64,000 nt of DNA from Felis catus (GCF_018350175.1 NC_058382.1:57290001-57354000); one strand, 5' to 3'; positions 1 through 12,920 are shown, numbered from the stretch's first letter. A program made the numbers and translations. The notes: generated from the sequence alone by a model not told the origin.

Positions 1-184
1 TGAAAGAGGAGTAGCATGTGTGTTCATTTCCCGTGTGCCGTGCTAACATTTCTTGCCTCGTGGTTTATTAAATGTAATGGGCCAGATGTTCCAAGGATTA
101 TCGCCCTCCTAGCCTGGTGGTGCTGACAGCCTTTGGCTTTAATCCATTTCCTGACTGCAGCAGGCCCAGGAGATTTCACGACCT

Positions 185-825
185 ATGTAGCCAATTCTCT
201 CCTCTTGCACAGCAATATAACGTCAGCCTGGCATGTGCCCGTGCAGAATAAAGACTACATTTCCCAGCCTCCCTTGCAGCTAGGTGTGGCCATGTGACCA
301 AGTTCTGGCCAATGGGATGTCAGTAGAGGGTCAACGGGGCAGCACCTGGGGAATCTTTTTTTGACTATTATTTTTCATGTTTATTTTTGGAGAGGGAGAG
401 AGCACAAGCTGGGGAGGGGCAGAGAGAGAGGGAGACAGAGGATCCGAAGCAGGCTCCGCTCTGTCAGAGCAAAGCCCGACACCGGGCTCGAACCCACGAG
501 CCGTGAGATCGCGCCCTGAGCCCAAGTCAGACGCTCAACTGATTGAGCCACCCAGGCGCCCCACCTGGGGATCTATTTGAAGGGATGGCTGGCGGGCCTC
601 TGACCTCTGCCTCTCCCATTCTCCCTCATCTCTGTCTCCATACTCTTGCCTTCAGCTGTCACCTTGGTCCCTGTGGGCGAGGTCAAAGGTCAGGAATGAA
701 GGAGTGGAGCAGAGCCACCGTGCAGCCCTGAACTGCTAACATTTGGCCTTTCGTGTGAAAGAGAACCAAGCAGCTGCCTGTTCGAGCCATTGTTACTTGT
801 AGGCAAATCCAGTCTTCACTGATGA
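185..825 (+). mobile_element. ancient ERVL/MaLR-class solo LTR interrupted by a SINE
   Basis: Motif gactacatttcccagcctcccttgcagctaggtgtggccatgtgacc..tggccaatggg. A related inverted motif occurs at ~34680-34760. Confidence 0.6.
365..562 (-). mobile_element. CAN-SINE
   Basis: tRNA-derived head, CT tract and A tail on the minus strand. Imperfect TSD acctgggga(a)tct. Confidence 0.9.
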
Positions 826-884
826 GCAAGGTAAGGACATCAGGCTCTCTCTGTAAGCTGTTACCCTGAGAATAACCTTAATAA

Positions 885-1098
885 GGTAGGGATTGTCGAC
901 TGGGGATGATTTTGCCACCAAGGGGACGTCTGGAGTCCGTTTTGATGGTCCTGATCAAAGGCAGGGGCGTGTGCTATTGCTATCTAGGGGACTGAGGCTC
1001 CGGACCATCTACAAATGCGTAGGACAGAATTACACCGTGCTGTGCTGCAAGAATGACGTGGCTCCGAGTGCCACTAGTACTGAGGTGAGAAAGCTCTG
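885..1098. mobile_element. MER20-like hAT DNA transposon
   Basis: ggggatgattttgcc..gtctggag..ctatctag..gaggtgagaaagctctg resembles MER20. Confidence 0.65.
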
Positions 1099-1917
1099 GG
1101 CTTCGTTTGGTTTTGTTGCAAAGAAGGACGCTAAAGCCGAAGGGCTTAGGTTACTTGCCTGCAGTGACATAGCTTGTCAATGGCGGAGGCAGGATTCAGA
1201 CCCGGTGAGGGGTGGGGTGTACCGTGAGCAAGGCTTGGGATGCATTCATCGTGTCCCTCAGACGCCGCGCCTGCTCCCGTCTGGCCTCCAGGAGTCAAGC
1301 AGCCCCTGTGTTCAGGTCCTGGGTCTGTCACTTCCTGGAAGATTGCCCTTGAGCTGTTTCCTCCCCTCTGGGCACCTGTGTTGCTTCCCCTCGATGAACG
1401 ATGAACGGGGGATAATCATGCCCACATCCCTGCTGAGTCTGTCGGTGAGCCCAGCAACATGGCACTGGCCAATCAGGGTGGATCCAGGGGGCCGTAGGGT
1501 CCCAGAGGCTCCTGCTCCCTGGGGTGAGCCCCTGAGTTCCCCTGGGGAATCTGAGGGGAGGCGTCATGGAGGCTGGTAGGGGGGGCACTTGGGGTGGAGG
1601 GAGGATGGGCTGTTTGCTAACTGACGTGGAAAGATTTCTCTACGTGCACCTCCCGTACGGCCATTCTGGGATGCGTGGGCCACATGCTGGCCTGAGCGGA
1701 CAGACGTAGAAATTGTTCATGCTGGGAAGGTTCGGAGGAATGATCCACAGAGCCAGTCTCCCTTAACCTCCAAGCTCTACCCCTGCTGTGGGTTTAAAGA
1801 AATAAAACACAGCCACCACTCAGATGAAGGGTTAAGGGGGAGAGGTGATGTCTGATGAGCTCCGCCTTAGACCAGGGACTTTGCTGTTCCTCACCTACTT
1901 CCGGCAGCTTTCCCAGG

Positions 1918-1920
<3 letters not shown>

Positions 1921-1964
<44 letters not shown>
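1921..1964. repeat. (TG)22 microsatellite
   Basis: Direct reading. Confidence 0.97.
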
Positions 1965-1967
<3 letters not shown>

Positions 1968-3539
1968 TGTTTGCTCTCATGTTACAGATGAGGAAACAGT
2001 GACCCAGAGGGACGGGTACCACTTTGAGGGTTTTGCAGGCATTTACACGACCACCCTGTCAGAGGGCAGGGGCGTGCGATTTGGGGTCTGAGGCCATCTC
2101 AGGTTTGTGCAGTCAGGCAGACTCTACCACTCCAGAGAAATGGGGACAGGATCCGGCCTCAGTGCACGTTTGGTTCTGTGGGCCCGGCTCCTGGAGTTCA
2201 CCAGGGGAGAGCCAGACGCCTCAGGACCTTGACCCCAGGGACCCTCCTGCCCTATTTGCACTCCCAGACTGGCTCCCCGGGTCAGCACCAGCCCTAGCGT
2301 CTTGGTGCCCCTTTTCCCCACTTCCTGGCAGAGTTGAGCAGCCTTTGGATTAGGGAGGTGCTAATGATTTGATATCTCAGCCCAGGGATTTAATTGATCC
2401 TTTAGCCCAGCTGGAAAAAAATCCCTCCCTCAGATAGCTGTTTTATCTTGTGGCCCTTGTCACCAGTTTAATTATGCTAAGTCCACATCAGATGCCTCGA
2501 ATGAGAGGGAATTAAAAAAAAAAAAAAGCCATCGGGCCGGCTGGGTTTCTTTTCTAGACCATTTGGAACCCGATTGCTTGTTATCACCCTCGGAATCAGC
2601 AACTTTCACCTGCAGATTAAAAGGCATCCCCAGAGACCACTTGAAATGCACAATGAGGGAGTTTAATCTTCTCCACGGTCCTGAAACCTGGGTTTTATGG
2701 GACATTGCACCCTCCAGCCTTCCGTTTCCCTTCGCAGGCCATCACCCTCCTTGGCAAAAATGGTGCCCCGGGAAAATTCATGCCTCTACAAAGCGGTTAA
2801 TGGCGCATGAAGCCATTTCGAAATGTAACTAGAAAGACATTTCAAACATTAACCTTCTGCAGAAGGGCGCTATGGACACGACTCTGGGCTTTGCAAGCTT
2901 GCGGGTGGAGCTTTTGTTTTCGCTTTCTTTTTCCTGTGGGTTTTTTGTTTTTTGTTTTTACTTTTGATGGAAACCTGACTTTAATAAAATTAAAGACTTG
3001 GGTTTTTTTGCTTTTGCTGTAAATTACAAACTTCTCAACTTTGCTGACTCGACCTCAGGACAATTAGAGAATGACACATTGAAACGACAAATACACGGGC
3101 CAAAGAACAGTTTCAAGGTAGAACTGCATGATTAATGTAACTGTTTGGTAACGCCACACAGCCATCCAAGTAACTGGCTCTCAGGGGTTGGAGGGGCATA
3201 AAGGGAACTGACTTTCTGCGGGTTGATGTTAAAACTTAGCCCTGTGAGTTCTTCTCAGAAGCTGTCAGTGCTAACCAGCATTCATCGTTAGCAGTCAGGG
3301 GTTCCCAGTGTGAATGGGTTTTGATGAAAGGGGACAGACGCAGGGTGAGACAGCCTGATCAGCGCTGGCAACACCCATCGTTACTCCCGTCCAGCGAGCA
3401 CTCAGGAGCCAGGCCCTGTGCGGGGTGCTTTCCAATGCCAGACGTGTTACTGTGGTTCCATTTTACAGATGAGTACATTGAGGTTTGGCAAGTCCGGCCC
3501 AGAAGGATGTCCGCGGCCGCTCTCCTGGGAGTTGCTCAA

Positions 3540-4200
3540 ACACAGACGTGCCCGAATGCCCACCAGCATGGATAAATTGCTCACTGTGTGTTCACAGAGT
3601 GGAATCCTCCGCAGCCGTGAAGACTGGTCCCGAGCCGGAAACCAACATGGGTGAAAGAAGCCAGACGTGAAGGAATACACGCGCTGAATGGTTCCATCCT
3701 GGGACAGACCGGAACAGGCAAAACTAGGATACTGTCCGAGGTCAGAATCATGGTTTCCTTTAAAGAGTGGGTGGGGGGGGTGGGGGGCAGAAGATGAATT
3801 GGAGCATCGGGGGGTGATTTGGGACGCTGGCAGGGTTCTGCCTCTCATCTGAGTGGTGGGGGGTACAGGAGGCACTTGCTGAAAATTCATCGAGCTCTGG
3901 CCTTTTTCTCCTATATCCTTCCCATTGTTTGAACAGTGTCGTTGAGCTGTATCCACCCACTTCAAGTGTGTAAACCTGAGTGGGTTTTCGTGTGTTCGCA
4001 GAGCTGGGCAAGCATCACCCCGTCCAGTTCTGGAACCTTTTCATCACCCCGGAAAGTAAACAGGGACCTGCTAACAGTCACTCCCCGGCTGCCCCCACTC
4101 TCCCAGCCCCGGGCAGTCACGATTCTCCGGTCCGAGTTACCCACTCTCGCCGCGTGTCTGCAGGTTAGATTTAAACTGAAATGTACAAGGTGCTGAATGA
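3540..4200. mobile_element. old L1 3'-end fragments in both orientations
   Basis: Decayed L1M 3'UTR motifs (ggataaattgc..gagtggaatcctccgcagc and ttctggaaccttttcatcacccc). Confidence 0.55.
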
Positions 4201-5145
4201 AATAACCACAGGCCACGGGCAGACACTACCCTCCGCCCCTCACTTCTGCGTCCCGCACTTGTCTGTGTTCTTCGGTCAGTCACCCGCCTGGCCCCGGAGG
4301 CATTCAAAGCTGTGACTCCTGGGATAGATGATCCGAGGGTGTTTTCCTGTGGGAATATCCCTTGTTTCTCGTCCGGGTCCAACCATCCTTTAATGGAGAC
4401 GGGAGGTGAAGATCCGTTTGCCAGCCCGTCTCCTGCATCTAAGCTGCGGCTTTCCCCGGACAGCGATGTGCCTCCGGATGGAGTCATCTCTCCGGACCCC
4501 TTCACCGGCCCCCACCTGCTGCTCTGGGTGAGTGGAAGAACTGTGTCCCCATGCCTGTCGCCACCTCCACGGGCCTGGCCAGGGGAGCCCAGCACCAGGC
4601 AGGACACAGAAGGACGAGTCGGGGAAGGGAACAGAGAGTTGTGCATCTGGGCAGTTTGGGGACCTGAGTGCCCGGGCTGGGGTCCAGCGGAAGGTTTGTT
4701 CTCTTGGCTGATCCAGAGTTAAAAACCGGCAGCCAGCAAATGACCATTTGCGAGGCACCTGCGCTTCATCCTTGTAACACAGCCTGAAGGTAGGAATCGG
4801 TATCCCGTGTCCCCCACAGATGGGAAAACCGAGGCTCTGAAAGATGCCCTGAGCCAGGGGCTTAAAACAATTTGTGATTTTCTCTCGGTTCGGGGGCCAG
4901 CTGGAGTTCAGCTGGATGGTTCTGTGGGTCCCGCCTGAGTCTAGTCCCGCAGCTGGGAGCTTGGCACAGAGCTCGGCCGGGGCTGGAACGTCCAAGGTGG
5001 CTGTTCTCCGGGACTCTCTCCCCGGGGCCCCTCCTCACAGCTTGGCAGCCGGGCTCTGAGAGAGGAGGTGAGAGTGGGTGATTTTTTCCTTTTCACTGTA
5101 TGTGCTGTTGGGTTAACGAAGTCACAAACCAGCCCAAGGGGCCAC

Positions 5146-5364
5146 TTTTTTTTTTTAATTTTAAAAAAATTTTTAAAAAGTCTATTTGTTTTTGACAGCG
5201 ATAGAACACAGGCGGGGGAGGTACAGAGAGAGGGAGACAGAGGATCCGAAGCAGGCTCTTCACCGACAGCACGGAGCCCGACTCGGGGCTCGAACTCACA
5301 AACCGTGAGATCGTGACCGGAGCTGACGTCGGATGCTTAACCGACTGAGCCACCCAGGCGCCCC
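5146..5364 (-). mobile_element. CAN-SINE
   Basis: Typical head, body and T-tail. Confidence 0.9.
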
Positions 5365-5679
5365 CAGGGACCACTTCTCGGGGCCAGGAGCATACAGGGC
5401 TGGGAAGGATTGTCGCTGGCCACATTTGCAGGAATCTTCCATATGGGATTTATGATGCAGACGTTAGGTGCTCTGCTCAGAACGAGTACCAGCTATGGGG
5501 GGCTGGGGTGGGGGAGGGCTCAGCCGAGGAGGCCATAAGCCTGGACTGGGGTAGATAGGGATTTCCGGAGGGGGTAGGACCTCCTCTGGGGTGGCTCTAG
5601 AGCGAGGGAGGGACTCCGGCTGTCCCTCAGAGCGTTTGTTGGGTTCTGGTCCCAATTTCAGTTGCCCAGAGCTCGAGCC

Positions 5680-5830
5680 AGTCCCTTGAGCTCTCTGCCT
5701 CAGTTTCCTCACCTGTAAAACGGGGGATAACAACCATCCCTCCTTCCTAGAGTTGCTCTGAGGACCCGACAGGCCCTGCCTGTAAAGCACTTAGCGCCGT
5801 GTCTGGCACGTAGAAGTTCTCGGACGTTAG
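5680..5830. mobile_element. MIR (other copies near 1970, 10140, 21950, 33680, 36340, 38620, 45710 and 62620)
   Basis: MIR core ctctgcctcagtttcctcacctgtaaaa. Confidence 0.75.
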
Positions 5831-6973
5831 CTCCCGTCGCTACTATTCGGGTTAAGGTGAGGGTGTGATATCAACGACGAGTAAGGTTTTCCAGGCCAAG
5901 ATGATCTAAAAGAATGTCCTGAGCCTCTGCGAAAGCCGGGGGAGCTGAGAGGAAGCGGTGAAAAGGAAGCCCATGTAGCAACAGGCAGAATTTGGGGGGG
6001 TGGAGTCACCTGCAAGGGGTAGACCAGAGAGCCCTTGTGAGCCAAGGAGAGGTTTAGGGATTTTGTTCTCGGGGCAGCGGCGGCCTGCTGGGACCAGGTT
6101 AAGGCTCTGCTGAGGTCTGGCTGTCTGGCTGCCGTGGGGCCAAGCGGACGGAGCCAGGAGGGGGATGGGGCGGTGAGCGTGGGGGCCCCTCCCTCATCCG
6201 CGTCGGAGGGAGGGGACCTGGTGGTGGCAGGGAGGGCGGGGGCGGGAGGGGGGGCAGCTGACCCTGGCAGTGTATGGGGTAAGAGGCACGAGGGAAAGGC
6301 TGGCGTGCGTTCCTCCTGGGTCTCTGGGCTGGGGGCGGGGGTGGGTCCTGCGAGGACGTGGACAGGACGGAAGGACAGCCTTGGGCAGGAGGTGACAGCG
6401 GCTCCTGCAGGGAAGGGGGCGTCTTTGAGAGCCCGGCGGGGCTGCCGTGCCGCGTGGGCACCAGGAAGGAGGGCCACTCCCAAGATGGAGAGAAGACCTA
6501 ACAGTGGCTGGCCCGAGAGGACAGCGCGTCCAGGGGCTTGGCGGTGCGGGGCAGCGGGCTGTGCTCTCCAATGAGAGAGGAATCTTCCTGATGGCAACTG
6601 AAGAATGAGGCTGGGGAGCGAGGCGAGGCCCAGGGTGTGGAGGACTCGGAGTGGCCCGGAATTTGCACCTGCTCTGGGAGCCCCAGATGGCTCCCCGGCG
6701 TCACAAGCAGAGAAGCCATGTGTTTTGGACGCAGGCCAGAGCGCAGAGGGACCCGGCGGCTGGTGGGAGAAGTTAGCGCTCCTAACGGCATGATTGTCAG
6801 GGCCGGCGATGAAGCCGCTAAATCGCCAGCCGGGAGGCCACACACATCAGGTGGGGAGGTCATTAAATATGGGTGTTTGGTGATGGGTTAGGACAGTTGT
6901 GGAGTCTGATTCGGAGGATTAGGGATGCTGGCTTCGGTCACTTGGCAGCCAAAGTCCCTGTCCCGAGGGTGTC

Positions 6974-7088
6974 GGGGCGCCTGGGGGTAAGCCTCAGACT
7001 CTTGATTTCGGCTCAGGTCATGATCTCACGGTTTGTGGGATCGAGCCCCACGTCAGGCTCTGCACTGGGCATGCAGAATCTGCTTGAG

Positions 7089-7125
<37 letters not shown>

Positions 7126-7135
7126 CGCTCGCTTT
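6974..7135 (+). mobile_element. CAN-SINE, partial, with expanded (CT)n
   Basis: ggggcgcctggg head and (CT)n at 7091-7122. Confidence 0.8.
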
Positions 7136-7295
7136 CTCCCGAGAAAGGAAGGAAGAGAGAGAGGGAGAGTAGAGCAGCCCTTGAAACACAGATGCGAAGT
7201 GTTTAGCAGCAACAATATCAGCTCAGTCCGGTAGCCTCCTCTTGGGATTTGACATCTTCCCTCCTCCTTTTTTTTAAAAAAAACGTTAAAAAAAA

Positions 7296-7500
7296 TTTTT
7301 TTTTATGTTTTTAAATTTATTTTTGAGAGAGCGAATGGGAGAGGGGCAGAGAGAGAGAGAGGGAGACACAGGATCCGAAGCGGGCTCCAGGCTCCGAGCT
7401 GTCAGCACAGAGCCCGACGCGGGGCTTGAACTCACGGACCACAAGATCATCATCTGAGCCAAAGTTGGACACTTAACCGCCCAAGCCCCCCAGGAGCCCC
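7296..7500 (-). mobile_element. CAN-SINE
   Basis: Typical body. Confidence 0.9.
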
Positions 7501-7517
7501 TAAATGATAAGGGAACA

Positions 7518-7706
7518 GGGGCGCCTGGTTGGCTCGGTCGGTTAAGCGTCCAACTCTTGATTTTGGCTCAGGTCATGACTCACAGTTTGTGGGATCGAGC
7601 CCCACATCGGGCTCTGTGCTGACAGCGTGAAGTCTGCTTGGGATCCTCTCTCTTCCTCTCTCTCTGCCCCTCCCCTGCTTGTGCTCATGCTGTCGCTCTC
7701 AAAACT
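7518..7706 (+). mobile_element. CAN-SINE
   Basis: TSD atgataaggg(a/g)aca. Confidence 0.9.
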
Positions 7707-8051
7707 AGAAATATGATAAGGGGACAAACACGAAAAACTTTTTTTGGCAGGGGAAGCAGAGCATTCTGGGTGGAGGGAATAGCGCATGAAAGCGATTGGT
7801 CTAGGAATGGCTTAGGTTGTTTGTGGGACAGCAAAGCCAGTGAGGCTGGGAAGGAGGTGGGGGGAGCGGCAGGTGATGGGCTGGAGGAGGATGGAACCAG
7901 GTGTGAGGGCACCACTAAATCGAGACCCTTTGGATGTATCAATGACAGCAAGCCAGACCGGTGTTCACCTCAGGGCCTTTGCACCTGCTGTGACCCCCTG
8001 CCTTAGACCGTCTCTCTGCGGGGGTGATTCTTTTTTCATCACTTCCATCTT

Positions 8052-8280
8052 TTTTTTTTTTTAATTTTTTTTTCAATGCTTATTTATTTTTTTTTGGGAC
8101 AGAGAGAGACAGAGCATGAACGGGGGAGGGGCAGAGAGAGAGGGAGACACAGAATCGGAAACAGGTTCCAGGCTCTGAGCCATCAGCCCAGAGCCCGACG
8201 CAGGGCTCGAACTCACGGACCGCGAGATCGTGACCCGGCTGAAGTCGGACGCTTAACCGACTGCGCCACCCAGGCGCCCC
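8052..8280 (-). mobile_element. young felid SINE (SINEC_Fc-like)
   Basis: Perfect 16-bp TSD tcatcacttccatctt at 8036-8051 and 8281-8296. Confidence 0.95.
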
Positions 8281-8824
8281 TCATCACTTCCATCTTGACG
8301 AGGATGTCGCTTGCTCAGAGACCTCTTCCGCGTTTTTCCAGGCACACGTGCATAAAAATGCACTTTTTTTTTTTTTGCAAAAGCTGAAATATCGTATACA
8401 TTCCGTTGTAGAATGCAGTATGTTCCGAACGCTTGCCCGAGTCAGTAGAGTTCTGCACCACTTTGATAGGGGCCTGGAGCGCCAGTGCCTACATACATCT
8501 CATTCTCTCAGGCAGTTCTCTCACACCAGGACATTTGTCCCTCCTGCTACCCCGTCCCCGCCCCCCCCCACGTTTTAGCATTATATGCTCTGCAGCGATG
8601 AGCATCCCTGAGCTTGTCTTGCGTCGTCTCCGTTGTGACTTTGCGTAGCAGATCAGGTGGAGGTAATAGATAAAAGGTCGGCCGGCTGCAGCCAAGTTAC
8701 GACCTGATGTCATTTCAGCGAGGGAGAAAACCAGTTAACCAGGCCCTCTGGCTTGGAAGCAGACGCCTTGCTTTTCCGTCGGAGTGAATGCCCAAGTTCT
8801 TTCTTCGGCAGTGGCTGGCTGCTT

Positions 8825-8837
8825 CCAGCAGGGGGCG
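8825..8837 (+). promoter_or_regulatory. candidate CTCF site
   Basis: CCAGCAGGGGGCG matches the CTCF core consensus. Confidence 0.5.
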
Positions 8838-9186
8838 TCGTGAGCCCGCCCCGCCTCAGCCCTTGACACCTGCTATCAGCTGCTAATTGACCGTGGTTCC
8901 AGTCCCCCCTGGATATTAGCCGGGGCCCGCCTTGCTAGCTTTCTCAGTGATTGTTGGCAACCCCGACTCAGATGAATCTCCCTCCCTCCTTCCTCTCCTC
9001 CTCCTCTTCCTCTTCAAATTCAGTTGTGTTCTCCCTCTCTCCCCATCGTGGACCCGTTTTCCTAGACGGCTGTCAGTCAGATGTTGCTGCTTGGTGACTA
9101 GGGGACTTTACAAACACATACAGGGAACTAAATCAGGTGACACCCGTAAGTGCCCAGGGCAGCAGCTGACTCTTGGAAGCAGTATT

Positions 9187-9403
9187 TAATTTAATTTTTT
9201 TTTTTTTTGAGAGACAGAGGGAGAGAGCGAGTGCACACAAGCACAGGGGAGGGGCAGAGAGAGAGGGAGACGCAGAATCCGAAGCAGGCTCCAGGCTCTG
9301 AGCCGTCAGCACAGAGCCCGACGCGGGGCTCGAACCCACGAACCGTGAGATCGTGACCTGAGCCCAAGTCGGACGCTTAACCGACTGAGCCACCCAGGCA
9401 CCC
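9187..9403 (-). mobile_element. CAN-SINE
   Basis: Typical body. Confidence 0.9.
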
Positions 9404-10360
9404 GAGGCTCTTTCTTAATTACTAACATTGTCCCACAAGAGTTACAAAAACTGCCAAATTTCACGCAGGGGTGGGAGGAGGGAACTGAGAAAGCAGGTGT
9501 GAGGGGGTGCTTTGCCCTTACGCGGCCCTCGTTCGGCGAGCGGGTGACATTGGACGTGATTGCAAAGTTGCGGTGGCTCATGGTTCACCCTGGGGCCGAG
9601 GGCCTCACCTCCCTGCCCTCCCAGGAGCGGCCACGTCCTTCCCCCCACCCTGAGAGGGTCTGGGCCCTGACGATGGGGAGTAGAATTTAGTGAGGAGCAG
9701 GGAAGGGCGTTGCGGGAAGAGGGAGGGGCACCAGCTAAAGCCAGTTACTGTGAGTGCCTGGGCTGTGTGGGCACCAGACACACGAAACGCATAGGGACTT
9801 CACCCCTGAGCTGCTCAGGGATGGTCCAGAGGCCTTTGCAGTTGTCGGGGAGCAGACCAGGGTGTGGGCCCCTCAGCCAGGCCCTGGGAGGGAAAGTTAG
9901 GCCGGGCTGGCCCCAGGGGACTGGGGCTGGGCAGTTGTGTTGAAGTGGAATCCTTGTTTCAGGGAATCCGGGGTCCAGGTGATTAGAGGTATGTGGATGG
10001 GGGGTGGGGTGGGGCGGAAGGGGGAGTCTCCAGGTCTTGGGCCATCAGGTGACTTGGGGCTCATCTCTTGGGGCAGCAAGTGACGGAACCCTCAGGTGAC
10101 AGAGTTCTGATTATAATGCAGCCAGCGCGGTCATTAGGCCGATGGGTGACCTTGGGCAAGCCTCAGTTTCCCTATCAGTGAGGTGGGGATCATAGCCGTA
10201 CTTACCTCTTAGAGCTAGTACATGGATTAGGTGTGGGAGCCTGTGAAGTTCTTGGCTTAGAGAAAGACTACCTAAGTGTGATCATTGTTATTATTACTTT
10301 TTTAATTGAGTGATGTACGGGACAATTCCTCGTTTGTGTCAGGATAGCCTACACTTGTAA

Positions 10361-10567
10361 TTTTATTTTTTTAACATTAATTAATTCATTTAGAGAGACA
10401 GCACACGAGCTGGGGAAGGGCAGAGAGAGGGAGACACAGAACCCGAAGCAGGCTCCAGGCTCCGAGCTGTCAGCACAGAGCCCGACGCGGGGCTCGAACC
10501 CACGGACACGAGATCGTGACCTGAGCTGAAGTCGGACGCTCAACCGACTGAGCCACCCAGGCACCCC
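10361..10567 (-). mobile_element. CAN-SINE
   Basis: Typical body. Confidence 0.9.
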
Positions 10568-11671
10568 TGATTATTGTCATTTTTATGACCAGAATTATTG
10601 TTATAATCCTGCTCCCCCGTGCCGTTCCCCCTCCCCCACCCCCCCACCCAGTGGATGCTGATTTCCCAATTTCCGCAGCGGAGGAACCAGAGGTGGGGAC
10701 AGCCACGGGTCGGGTGGGGCCTTCTCGCCGGTTCTCTGTCAGCCCGGAGGCTCCGGGGGCCCCACCTGCCGCCCTGGTGGGGGTGGGGGTGGGGTCGACA
10801 CCCTCCGTTCAGCCGCTCGTCGTGGCAAAGCTTCGAGCTCCGGTCAGGGGTGCCGGCTGGTACCTCTGATGTCGACACACGCGTCCCTCTGTCCCGGACA
10901 CGCTTGTCCGTCCCTCCTGCCTGATGTCTGTTCCTTCTGGCCTATCTGCAGGCCTGAGATCACTCCTCAGCCTTGGATTTTTCCAGGGTCCTCGGTGAGT
11001 CAGTCTGCGCCCCCGAGTCACAAGCACCCTGGAAGTCAGTTGTTGAGACTCGCTGTGGTGAGATCACCACTGTTCGCACCTCACAGAAGTGCCGTGGGCC
11101 GTGTTCTGTGCGGAGTGCTTGCCAGGGTTTTCTGTTCTATTCTGCACGGCAGTCCCGGGGCAGGTGCCGTCACGCACCATTCGCTGGGGGAAGAGGGGGA
11201 TGAGCCTAGAGCTCAGGGGACATTTCCGCAAGGTGACAGAGCTGGGATTTGAACCCGCGCCCATCCTTTCTCTTAGTGGAAAGATCTCTCTGATCGCTGT
11301 AGACAAGTTAGAAACTATTAGTACGATTCCATTCTCCCCCCGTTCTACCGTCCAGAAAATGTCCCCATGAGCATTTTTGATGGGAAATCCAAGGGTATAC
11401 GTGGGGTCCGCTGTGCATCCTGGCTTGGGTCCTGCTTCCTGCCCGCCTGGTGTCCCGGTCAGTGGAGCTGGGTGCCCCCTGACACCACAACCCTCAAATC
11501 TACCCCCTATTGGTTTGCATTTGTTAATGTACTTGGGAAGGGCTTTGCTGTTTTGGTCGAAAAAAGAGAGACGAGCGAAGACGCTGTTTCTTGTTTAAGC
11601 ACCGCTAAGTTGAGACCCTTTGACGTTGTCAGTGCCGTTATGATGCTTGCAACTGGCCAACTTAGTGCTCC

Positions 11672-12020
11672 CCTCAGGGCCTTTGCACCTGCTGCACCCC
11701 CTACCTGGAATATGCCTCGACCTTCTCTCTGCGCAGGTGGTTTATTTTCATCACTCGCACCTTGACTAGGATGTCACCTGCTCAGGGACGTCTTCCTGCC
11801 CACCACCCTAGCCAGCTCGTTCTCACTGCGCATCGCTGGTTTATTTTCTTCGTAGTGCCCACCCCTCTGGGACTATCTTGTTCATTCGTTTGCTTCTTGT
11901 TTATAGTATGTCACTCCCCACTCCCCCCATTAGAATGTAAGCTCCGCAGATCTCAGGGCCTAGAATAATGGCCCAGCACCCAGTAGATGCTCAGTGAATA
12001 GCTAGCTGTCTAACAGATCA
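11672..12020. mobile_element. L2 3'-end remnant
   Basis: cctcagggcctttgcacctgctg..tagaatgtaagctcc..cagtagatgctcagtgaata are L2 hallmarks. Confidence 0.7.
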
Positions 12021-12025
12021 ATGGA

Positions 12026-12216
12026 GGGGCGCCCGGGTGGCTCAGTCGGTGAAGCGTCCGACTTCAGCTCGGGTCAGGATCTCACGGTTCGTGAGTTCGA
12101 GCCCCGCGTCGGGCTCTGTGCTGACAGCTCGGAGCCTGGAGCCCGCTTCGGATTCTGCATCTCCCTCTCTCTCTGTCCCTCCCCTGCTCACGCTCTGTCT
12201 CTCTCAAAAATAAACA
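12026..12216 (+). mobile_element. CAN-SINE
   Basis: TSD aacagatca(a/g)tgga. Confidence 0.9.
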
Positions 12217-12819
12217 TCGGAGAAGAACAGATCAGTGGAAGGTTTCTGCCATCGCTTTGGGTTCTGTCAGCTTTTGATCTAGTCAGAGGAAGGAAAAGAG
12301 TAAGTTAGAGGTGGGTGACAATGAAGAAGTCACCTGTGTGTGTGGCTGGGTGGCTGGGGGGGGGGGGAGGGGGGTTGACGTGACTACCTGTGCCGATCCT
12401 GGGCCCGTTTACCCCCCGGATCCGCCCTCCTCTCCCGCTCTGGGGGACGCTCCAGGGGACTGACTCCTGCGGACAGCATGTCCCCTGCTCCCATGTCACT
12501 GGGCTCACACAGCGGGAGGCCCCGATGGGAGGCTGGAGGGCAGAGGAAGGGAGAAGCCAGGGTGTTTTTCCCCATCTCTGTGCCGGGGATGAGGCCTTAA
12601 GCATTGGCCGTGTCTCATCTGTGGCCTCACTACCACCGGCCTGCCTTGCTGTGTTTCAGCTGCTTTGGGGTGACCCCAGATCCTGGGCCTGAGAAATACC
12701 ACCCCCCTCTCTTTGCCCCCCACCCGCCTCCCTACACCGGGGCTGTGGGCAGAGGCTTCTTGTTATTGTCAGTCTCTGAGTTGTTTTGTATACTATGTAC
12801 CAAAGGTCCTGCATGAATC

Positions 12820-12824
<5 letters not shown>

Positions 12825-12890
<66 letters not shown>

Positions 12891-12920
12891 GAGCCAGGGA
12901 GAGGAGCCAGCCCGGCGCCC
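12825..12920 (-). mobile_element. internally deleted CAN-SINE with long poly-T and (GA)n
   Basis: T-run, (GA)n, then the head remnant gagccagcccggcgccc. Confidence 0.65.

Noticed and set aside
893..1579. 228-aa ORF
   Set aside because: It starts at TTG inside a MER20-like element and has no recognisable domain.
5827..6843. 338-aa minus-strand ORF
   Set aside because: Pro/Ala/Ser-rich translation of GC-rich DNA with a non-ATG start and no recognisable domain.
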